DNA of 48,843 nt from Nemertoderma westbladi (taxonomy: Eukaryota; Animalia; Xenacoelomorpha), in contig JAUCBJ010006878.1 in NCBI GenBank assembly GCA_032718475.1, positions 1 to 48,843 of the forward strand, given 5' to 3'. The notes under the pieces are model-generated. The model was not told where the DNA came from. It did no database searches and was given only the letters and a program-made list of their open reading frames with translations. Both the position numbers and the translations under genes were made by a program. Positions within the stretch are counted from its first letter, which is position 1. Each line of letters starts with the position of its first letter. Below are positions 33,920-43,515 of the stretch, one piece after another.

Positions 33920-34598
33920 TAACATCATAAATAAACATAATCCCAATATACCCAGTAGGCCGAGTCTAGACAACCAAAACATTAAATCGGTACATATAAA
34001 CCTAAGCGCGATACGTGAAGGACTATACAGGAAACGCTATAATCCAGGATTCCAATGTCAATTACATCGGGACGGAACCCATAAGACCAGGAGTTGCAAG
34101 TACTGGCAAGCGTTGCCCAAACGAGATCGTGTAGCCTACACAGACGCAAACGGACTATGTCATCGATGTGTGGTAAAAGGACACAGATCCGGAGAGTGTT
34201 GGAAAGGGAGAGGATATGAAAGGACTAAACCAGGGGCAGAGAAGCCCATGAGTAAACATAAAGGAGTCGGGAAAGTAGAAGGAGGCGTGTTGCATACGCA
34301 CGCAGGACTGACACAGTGCGAGGGGGCATTACATGGGCAGACGCCGTGTATACCGAGGGACGAGCGGGGGTCGTCGAGGCCTTTAATGCCAGCGCACATA
34401 CGAAGGGGGAGGCTAGCAGAGGTAGTACCGAAGAGAGTGTGGCGAAGAGTTAGAGGACGCATAGGAGGGCAGCAGGAGAGTGCCTACTGGAAGAAGGGGC
34501 ACGTGAGAGTTTTTAGTCGTCCAAAGTTTTGGACTGAGGGGGGTGGGAATGAGGGCGAGACGCCCTTCCCACGCACAAAATATAAAATAATTATTTAA
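33920..34598 (+). pseudogene. C-terminal part of element A gag with nucleocapsid knuckles
   Basis: CQLHRDGTHKTRSC...DRVAYTDANGLCHRCVVKGHRSGEC, BEL-type spacing. Confidence 0.75.
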
Positions 34599-34679
34599 TT
34601 AAAAATAAGAAAATAATTAAATAATAGAATAGGTAGAAGTTAGGTAGTAAGAGTTAGTTAGTTAGTTAGTTAGTTAAAG

Positions 34680-36030
34680 GGTGGTACGTAGTACCGCTAG
34701 TTAGTTAGAGAGTTAGAGGGTACGTAAGTACCGTTAGTCAGTTAGAGAGTTAGAGGGTACGTAAGTACCGCTAGTTAGTTAGAGAGTTAGAGGGTACGTA
34801 AGTACCGCTAGTTGGTTAGAGAGTTAGAGGGTACGTAGTACCGCTAGTTGGTTAGAGAGTTAGAGGGTACGTAGTACCGCTAGCTAGTAGAGAGAGCTAG
34901 AGTAGTAGGAGGGTACGTTGTACCGCTAGCTAGTAGAGAGAGCTAGAGTAGTAAGAGGGTACGTAGTACCGCTAGTTAGGAGTGTTAGTAGAGCAGTAGA
35001 GGGTTGTGGGCACCATAAGCGCCACATAGATGGAAGTAGCAGTAGAGGTTGTGGGCACCGTAAGCGCCACGTAGTTAGAGTTAGTAGGGAATGCGCTGAA
35101 CTTAGTGGGGCACGGGCGTGATGACGTGTTTGATGTAAGAGCAGGGTATGTTAATTAGGGTGGGTGCCGGGCACAAGAGGTGCCGGGCACAAAAAGAGTT
35201 AGTAGTAGAGTTAGTTGAGTTAGTAGTAGAGTTAGTTGAGTTAGTAGAGAGTTAGTGGAGTTAGTAGAGTTAGTAGAGAGTTAGTAGAGTTAGTAAGAGT
35301 TAGTAGTAGTTCACATAATTAACGTACCCACTCTGCCGGCATTCAGAGCGTCACGTGCAGGCGAGTGGATGTAAAGGAAGTAAGTTAGAGATAGAGTAGA
35401 GTAGTAGAGAGGGCACATAGGGTGCCAGGTAGTAGAGTAGAGTGTTAGAGGTAGCAGAGAGGGCACATAGGGTGCCAGAGAGTAGAATAGTAGAGACGGG
35501 CACATAGGGTGCCAGGTAGTAGAGTTAGAGAGTTAGAGATAGAGTAGAGTAGTAGAGACGGGCACATAGGGTGCCAGGTAGTAGAGTTAGAGAGTTAGAG
35601 ATAGAGTAGAGTAGTAGAGAGGGCACATAGGGTGCCAGGTAGTAGAGTTAGAGAGGTAGTAGTGTAGTAGAGAGGGCACATAGGGTGCCAGGTAGTAGAG
35701 TAGAGCAGAGAGGGCACATAGGGTGCCAGGTAGTAGAGCTAGAGAGGTAGTTGAGTAGTAGAAGGGCACATAGGGTGCCAGATAGTAGAGTGGTTGTGGG
35801 CACCGCAAGCGCCACGTAGTTAGAAGAGTGGGTAGAGTTAGAGAGTTGGTAGACTTAGATGAGTCAAGTAGAGTTAGTAGAAGTAGAGAGTTAGTAGGAG
35901 TTAGCTAGACTTAGTAGTTCTAGTTAGAGTTAGTAGAAAGTTAGAGGCTTTAGTTAGAGCCAGAAGTAGTGAGAGTTAGCGGAGAGTAGAGTTAGTAGTT
36001 AGTAGAGTTAGATAGTTAGAGTTAGTAAGC
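34680..36030 (+). repeat. Array of repeated hairpin motifs in (AGAGTT/GTA)-like C-poor linkers
   Basis: 8x GGTAC-GT(A/AA/T)-GTACC, 8x GGCAC-ATAGG-GTGCC, 3x GTGGGCACC..AAGCGCCAC. Confidence 0.9.
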
Positions 36031-36455
36031 AGTAGGTAGATGGTATGATAGCACAGGGGTAGCATTAGAGATTAGGGCCTTAGGGAGGGCAAGAGAGATA
36101 GCGAGAGGTGGTATGGAGATAGTGTGGAGAGAGTGTGGGCGCAATTCAAGCGTGGGGGGGGGGGAGAAGTGAGAGGAAGAGTGAGGGACAGGGAAGTCCA
36201 AGAGTTAGAGCAAGAGAGGAGAGGAAGAGTAGAGTCAGGGCGAAAGTGTTGGGGAAACAAAAGTTGTGTGAGAGAAGCGCACGATCGGCCCGACACGAAA
36301 CGCCAGAGGGTAGCAATATCATACCCATAGGGAGCGGCCCGGAAAGCCGGCTCCGAAAGAAAATAACCCACCCCACACCCGATACTAGATCGGGATCCAG
36401 CGGAATTGTAGCGCACTTTTTGGTGGATGCTATCTTCTCACCGGGAAGATAGCAT

Positions 36456-36464
36456 GGGGGGGAG
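36456..36464 (+). promoter_or_regulatory. Polypurine tract of element A
   Basis: GGGGGGGAG abutting the 3' LTR. Confidence 0.8.
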
Positions 36465-37013
36465 TGTTAGCTTATCCAATTCCGCTAACATGAACCCACA
36501 AAGTAAGCCGTTGAGCAATATTGGGAGCACGAGGTTGATTACCAATCAACCTCGTGTCAGCCCAGTAAACGGGGACAATAGGCCCCAAAGGAGACACACA
36601 CAATAAGGGTCAGGGGCCAAACCCCTAACAGAGAGAGAACAACAGGGGCAACGGGAAACACACCAGGGAAGGTGAAAGGGCGAGAAGTGGGATATTAGCC
36701 AATGGGGGGACAGCATCGACTAGGTACAGTAATATGGCCAACTGTGCAGTACATATATTACCTGTTGGTGCTTCCCTATTCAGTTTAGTTTACTCAGTCA
36801 GATCAGTAGGGTGGAACGGGGACTTCTGTCACCGTCCGCTACCGCCATCATACTTATCTACCGGTAACCGTGTCATACTATACTGTGCTATATCAGACTA
36901 TTATACCTTTATACATATTACCGAACATCAGAACTCTTTTACCTTTCACACACGGCGGGGACGCGTGGATAGAAAACCCAACGGATAAACCGGGATCCGT
37001 AGATCCCGTCACA
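36465..37013 (+). repeat. 3' LTR of element A
   Basis: Direct repeat of 2992-3540. Confidence 0.95.
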
Positions 37014-37029
37014 ATATATGGTATATAGC

Positions 37030-37760
37030 GCGGTTTTTTGGACACTGATCACGATTATATAACTTAAATATAATATTCGAGAACATTTTAGGTATTTTTG
37101 AATGTGCCTTCTGGGGCACGAAAAACAAGTTAGTTCAAATATGATAATGAAAAATCACCACAATATCAAATTGATTTTATGACCATATAGGTTTTTTGGG
37201 TGGCTGTTCACGAATATTGAATATGACACTAAAATATATCGTACATTGTTGATTGGGGCATTCTGGGAAATGTGTCAATGTGCGGCACGAAAAATACAAG
37301 TAACACAAATTTAATAATCAAAAATAATCACCTAATTAACCTGATTTTTAGACATTATGGGTTTTCTGAGACGCTGATCACGAATATGACACTCAAAAAT
37401 ATCGTATTATCCAACCAAATTCGATTTTTGCCGTTTGAAATTTTATTCTACTTTTATTTTTCGTCCCACCAGACTAGCACCAAAAATGATAGTTGCGTTA
37501 CCACGAATGATTTTTAACGAGTTGTATCGTGATAAGCGACCTTGAAAACCAGTATAGCTTCAGAATCACAAAACCAAATGCAAAATTTTAACAGTTTATA
37601 ATTTTGTGATACTTGTAATTTTCGTTCTGGAGCAACAGAATTGCACCAAAATTGGGTTTGCATTACCAGAAATATTTCTTAACTAGTTTCATCGTGATGA
37701 GCAACCTCGAAAACCCGTATACGTTCAGAATTATCAAACCAAACACAAAAGTTTTTAGTT
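37030..37760. repeat. Degenerate ~165-bp repeats sharing a GGTTTT..CGCTGATCACGA motif, 3 forward and 2 reverse copies; probable DNA-transposon or satellite relic
   Basis: Forward at ~37032, 37190, 37360; reverse at ~37527, 37692. Confidence 0.5.
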
Positions 37761-38663
37761 TGACATAAGGTATCAGATAGTGCAAAGCTGTGCCCAACAA
37801 CAATTTATAATAATATGAAAACCACTCATCACCCATAACACCATAAATAAGATACAAGTACAGTATGTATGAAATGTGTTACTCAACGGATCTTACAAAA
37901 AATAAAAACCCATCGAATTTATCAGTTTACATTTTAAAGGCTTTTATGTACCAAAACATATGATGCTCACATTCGCTGATAGAAAGTAATTAGGAGCCCG
38001 CTTGACAGCGGGATACTGTAAAAATCTCAGGATATATAACTCTGACTGACTGACAAACTGATAATTATCCAGGTTCAGGCACTTCCTGCCTGGTGATTTC
38101 TATGAAATTTTGCAAGTATATTGCTTTGGTGGTTCATAATCGCGTTACAAAATTTCAGCTCGATTCTATGTGTGGTATTCGATATATTTAGTTTTTTGAC
38201 ATTAATTTGTCGCGAAATTAAAAGCAATGGTAAAATAACAGCTGGTGTTCATGATGACATATGGCTTAATATGTTATACACAGTCATAGTAAAAGGTGTT
38301 GGTTGCCAAGTTTTACTAGTAGGCTATAAGGAAAGGCAATGTTTACTCACACATAACCCGGTTTCTAATGTATTACCCTATAAGCTGATTGCTCTCCCAG
38401 TGCTTCCTAAAGGTACATCTAAACTAAGGTTACTCACTCTGCTATGTTAGGGGGTTGGATCAGGAGAATGAATTTTCATTACACAAAGCAGTGTGTTGTG
38501 TCCTATTGCAGTTGTTACTCACTGTGGATTGCAAAATGTTTTATAGTTGACCTACAGTATAATACAGTAGTTGCATGTATTTAAGGAGCCTGCTCTGGCC
38601 TACCGCCTAACTTAGCAGGAGTATTAGCATATTACATATTCACATAGGATTCACTGGGAAGAG

Positions 38664-38910
38664 ATATTCCGCTTGATGTCGGGGTAACACCTATAGAAGG
38701 AAACTAAATTTGTTATTTGGCTCTATTCCGTGTTATTTATCTGGTTGTGCATCATGGGCATTTTTTATAAATATTCGGTAATCTAGATAAGATTACCGAA
38801 TATTTATAAAAAATGCCCATGATGCACAACCAGATAAATAACACGGAATAGAGCCAAATAACAAATTTAGTTTCCTGCTATAGGTGTTACCCCGTCATCA
38901 AGCGGAATAT
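38664..38910. repeat. Near-perfect palindrome: 121-bp arms, 5-nt loop; MITE/foldback-like
   Basis: Arms 38664-38784 and 38790-38910 with 2 mismatches seen. Confidence 0.92.
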
Positions 38911-39539
38911 ATATCTTGTAAACGTGCTTGATAATGACATTTTTTGCTTCATATTATATTTTTGTTAGTGGTAGCTCAGTTGCATACTGCTGACTCACAT
39001 AGTTCTTTGTAATAATCTTGGCTAGGAGTTTTCCCCCGGGCTCCTTCCAGCCAGCTTGCTGGCTTTTTGTATAATCATGAGCGAAAGCAGCACTGTTTTC
39101 TACTAATTTCAGTGTGAAAAGTGGATTTTTCAGATAAAATAATTGTTCATTGCATATTATGAATAAGCCTACTAATGTATCTCCCACAAAACATTGAAAT
39201 AAATATAATTATTGTTGTCGAAAAAACTAACCTTGTACGATACAATAACAGTTCGTTATAGCAGTTAAAATAACCATCAATAATATTAGCAATAATATTA
39301 GGCCTAAGTGGTATTTATATATTTTTACTTATAGTTATCTGTCACCTTAAGTTTCCTTAGCGACCTACAGTAGTTTCCAAAGTTAGGACAATTCCGACAC
39401 ATTGAGAAAAATCAAGTTTTGAAATGAGTCGGAATAATCCCTTGTCCTTTGTCCTTGGTTTCCGACGTCCCAATTCTCTTATGTCAAAATTGTCTTAGGT
39501 CAGAATTGTCCTATGCTTATTCACTCCATGAGACCGCCA

Positions 39540-42270
39540 AAGCTCAAGATGATGCACTGGCTGGGGCTAGTCCTCATGGGGAAAGAAATATCCTTCAAAG
39601 CGGAGGCGGATTCGTTCAAGTATCCAACTAGGAGAGACTATGTAGTATAGAGTGTTATTGGAGATTGTGTTCATTGTGTTCATTGTACTTGACACAATGA
39701 ACCCGGCGTAGCATTCTTGTGAAAGTGCCATCCAGAGATTTGGCATCTTCTCCAGTTAGAACCCAACATGGACTCCCATATAAGAGAACTGGTACTACTA
39801 CAGCCATAAATAATCAAACCTTGAGGTTACGTTTTTTCTAAGGGACTCACAAATCCTGGAATGACTATTCAATTCTGCCCATTCCTTCCTCTTACATGTC
39901 CGACTTTCGAATCCATAATCCCAACTAGAAGTCATCCATGTGCTCAAGCAAGCCATCCCTGGAGCTTATGCCCTTACGATCAGACATTTCTTGAGGGCTG
40001 TCAAGGGTAACTGTAATAATTTTTGTCTTCTTGGAGTTTACAAAAAGATTAACACCAGAAGCAAACTGATCCAATAGGCAGAGGAGCCTTTGGCTCCCTC
40101 TAGTGATTCTGACAGTACCCATAAGTCTTTAGCCATGTATAGATCAGTAAGGTACTTTGCAGGATTTCCTCTACTTCTTGTGCCTGTGGGGGGTGTTAAC
40201 AACATCCTACAATTACTTTATTAAGATGGTCTATCGACATGCGTAGAACATAATCAACCACAATTATGAATAAGAAAGGTGCAAGTATCACCCTGAAGGA
40301 CTCCCCCCATAAGACTTAGAATGGATCTGTGTCACAATTAATAGTAGATGTGGTGGATGTGGTGAATATGGATGTGGATATGGTAAATGTGGTGGAACCA
40401 TCGTACAGTGATCTGAAAGCTGCAATAATTTCCTCAGGAATCCCATATGCTGCCAGTATGCTGCACATGCATGGTCGAGAGACTGAGTCGAAGGTTTAAA
40501 GAAGTCAACAAAGATAATAGTTGCCTGTCTTTCTTTAATGATAACTCTTCGATTATACTTCTAAGTACCAGAATAGGCTCCATTGTCACACGACCTTTAC
40601 GGAACCCATTTTGGTTCCCTGATGCGATTTAATCGAATTCTGTTGTATAGCTTTGCAGCAATCGAGAATATCGAGATTCCACTCAAAGATCCGCTCGTTA
40701 TATTGCCCTTCTTTGGGGCTGGGACCAACTTAATTGTTTTAATTTGTTGGGGGGCTCTTCTTTGTCCGATACATATCCACAATAATGGGTTGAATGAGCT
40801 CCAAACACTTCAAACACCAAACACACGAAATTTTACAGACCATTGGGGGCACGCCATCTATTTCACTGCCACGATTGGTCCTAGCTGCAGTCTTGATTTC
40901 AGCAAAGGACATGTCACCAATGGTAATATCTTTGAGCACAGACACAGATATTGTTAGGACACACACATGTTATTAGGCAAAAAAAAAGTAAATTTTCTTC
41001 GGCTGCTAGGCCAGGGATTACGCACAAAGTCTGACGACTTATTTCCAGTGCGGTCCCCCCAGAACTTTACTCCCCAGAGGAAACTCTAGTACTCATTTAG
41101 CTACCACTCAAGGATGCAAGGCAGAGATGCGCCCTGGCTGGTCCCTTTAAAGCATTCGTGCCGAAACGAAAACTCCCCTGGCCCATATGAGGATCGAACC
41201 CACGACCTTTAGGAGATGTGAATTCAATGCAACCACTACACCAAGGCGGAACCTTGGTGTAGTGGTTGCCCTGTCATTGTTTAGAAGCTTCTCTAACTGG
41301 GCTTTCCATCCTTTGAGTGTTCAGGAGATTCAGCCATAACCTTGGTGGTAGGTTAACTTTTACTCCCAGTGAGCAGGTTTATTGATTGCCATGCCTGCGT
41401 TGATTGCCTCATATCATCAGCATTATTATTGGAATAAACCTGCTTATTGATAAGCCCCTTCAGATTATCAGAGTACTGCTTGTTAAGGGACCTAGATGCA
41501 GCCTAAACTGCATCCTTGTCTGTCCTAGTGTGCGCGACGCGCACTGCGCGTGTCGGCGGGACTCAATCTGCGCCTTAGAGAGGTTACTTCGACACTTCCG
41601 AATTCTGTGGTCAGTCCAGGTATGGCATTTTTCCTGTTTCGAGGGTATACACGAACTACTGTATTTCAGCGGATGAACACTTAACTTCTTCTGTGAAATC
41701 AGTATAGCTCTCAGCGATCTGTCGCCTCAGTGGCGAGATCATCATACATGTTGCTCGACTGTAGAGTAAACGGGATCTCACACTTGGCTGTTACAACATA
41801 GAGGACCACTCATGCCGTGGCAAGGTAGATTTCGTAATTCTGATAGCGCGGATACTAAGTCTTACATTGGCCACTATAAGGTGGAGAAGGGTCGAAGTCT
41901 AAATGCACTACAGTATTGTACAGAGCTCACGTATTTCCTACGAAACAGAATATGGTCTATCTGGGACTTATGGCCACTGGGTCCACCGAGTCCATAGCTT
42001 TCCAGTTCACTTCTTGAACTGGCTACCAGCCGAAAACAATCAATTTCCAGAGAAGAAATCCTGAAGATGGATGGAATTTCGGTTAACACTATCGCTATAG
42101 ACCCAGGGCGATGCAGACTTGCATTAAAGTCTCCCAGGAATGTTAAGAATGCATGCTGATCCACTCCATCAGTTGCTGCCTGTAGATTGAGGTATAAATT
42201 TTCCACCTCCTCTACAGGGACAACACTACTTGGAGAGTAGCACACAATCAGAACAACAATCAGCGGTCGG
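39540..42270 (-). pseudogene. Decayed RTE-clade LINE (APE + RT fragments)
   Basis: CYSP, LGDFNA, SQIDHIL, PKKG..IAAKLYNRI, LAPFLFIIVVDYV across several frames. Confidence 0.8.
40979..41249 (-). mobile_element. tRNA-derived SINE with a Nin/Deu-like central domain, inserted in the RTE
   Basis: Minus strand: A box TGGTGTAGTGG, B box GGTTCGATCC, CTCTGCCTTGCATCCTT..TAAATGAGTACTAG, T-rich end. Confidence 0.7.
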
Positions 42271-42367
42271 AGATTAAATATAAAACATAATTACACAACA
42301 ACAGTAGGCCTATTTGTTTGATTAGATATGCTTTGGTCGAAATTATATTCAACTAATAGAATCAGGT

Positions 42368-43001
42368 CAGTCCCATTTCGGAACACTGTGGGAACCCTTT
42401 AGATCTATATTCGAGTCCTGAACCGAGCCAACACGCCATACTGTGCTCCATTAGATCTATTCTCACATCCTGAACCGAGCCAACACGCCCTACTGCGCTG
42501 CATTAGATCTATTCTCAAGTCCAGAACCGAGCCAACACGCCCTACTGCGCTGCATTAGATCTATTCTGACGCCCTGAACCGTCCCAACACGCCCTACTGC
42601 ACTCCATTACATATATTCTCACGTGCTGAACCGAGCCAACACACCCTACTGCGGTGCATTAGATCTATTCTCAAGTCCAGAACCGAGCCAACACGCCCTA
42701 CTGCGCTCCATTAGATCTATTATCACGTCCAAAGCGAGCCAACTACTGTCTACTGCGCTGCATTAGATCTATTCTCGCTTCCTGAACCGTGCCAATACGC
42801 CCTACTGCGCTGCATTAGATATATTATCACGCCCTGAACCGAGCCAACACGCCCTACTGCGCTGCATTAGATATATTCTCACGTCCTGAACCGAGCCAAC
42901 ACGCCCTACTGTGCTCCATTATATCTATTCTCATATCCTGAACCGAGCCAACACGCCCTCGACACGTTCCCATATAGTGTTCCCAAATGGGACACTAGCT
43001 G
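42368..43001. mobile_element. MITE-like element: imperfect TIRs around ~11 x 52-bp tandem repeats
   Basis: TCCCATTTCGGAACACTGTGGGAAC ... GTTCCCATATAGTGTTCCCAAATGGGA; unit AGATCTATTCTCACGTCCTGAACCGAGCCAACACGCCCTACTGCGCTGCATT at 42401-42960. Confidence 0.65.
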
Positions 43002-43327
43002 GTCTTTTTTGATACAGCAAAACACAAATACATATATGTTATGTAATTTTAAACTATTTTTTAGAGTAATACATCGAGTAAAATTATTTTCTAATTTTTG
43101 ATATTCTATATTCTCACCAGTGTTCCCAAATGGGAACATCAATTTTTTTTAAAGGGAGTAATTTGGCACGAGATGGTCGTTTTTCTGAATTTTTTTTTTC
43201 AAATAATAATGTCATATTATTTAAAAACCTAATTTTAATGTCGCCGCCACTGGTTTGTAATATCAAATTTGTAACGTTTTTGACCACTATTGTTTGCATG
43301 TTGTTACGGTATATGGCGCTGTATCCA

Positions 43328-43428
43328 TAATATTAGTCATCATGCAGTATGCAATATTAGTCCGTTATGCAGTATGCAATATTAGTCCGTTATACTGTAC
43401 GTAATATTAGTCCGTTGTGCAGCATGAT
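43328..43428. repeat. 25-bp minisatellite x4
   Basis: AATATTAGTCCGTTATGCAGTATGC units. Confidence 0.8.
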
Positions 43429-43515
43429 ATTTTAGATAAGGCATAATAACGCAGTGGTATTTAGGTAGGGAAATCAAAACGCCCATATATTTGAAACCAT
43501 CCATTTTGTATAGTA

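Larger units (their letters stand above)
6778..33920 (-). mobile_element. Full-length RTEX-like APE non-LTR retrotransposon, interrupted by element B
   Basis: (GAAAT/GAAT)n tail at 6778-6800, 3' UTR, ORF2, split ORF1; 5' boundary approximate and no TSD found; clade call from motif style only. Confidence 0.8.
2992..37013 (+). mobile_element. LTR element A: non-autonomous BEL/Pao-like retrotransposon (gag-like only) carrying nested insertions
   Basis: 549-bp TG...CA direct repeats, 5-bp TSD ATATA (2987-2991, 37014-37018), PPT before the 3' LTR, BEL-type Cys/His knuckles, no pol motifs. Confidence 0.88.

Noticed and set aside
35411-35790. CRISPR-like palindromic repeats with variable spacers
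   Set aside because: Spacers are low-complexity variants of each other, there are no cas genes, and the context is a eukaryotic LTR element
38030-38230. Helentron/DINE-like fragment with (CTGA)n
   Set aside because: Only a vague resemblance; termini cannot be defined
41175-41249. tRNA gene
   Set aside because: A and B boxes present but no good cloverleaf; it continues into a SINE body
42401-42960. 52-bp array as CRISPR
   Set aside because: Head-to-tail units with no unique spacers
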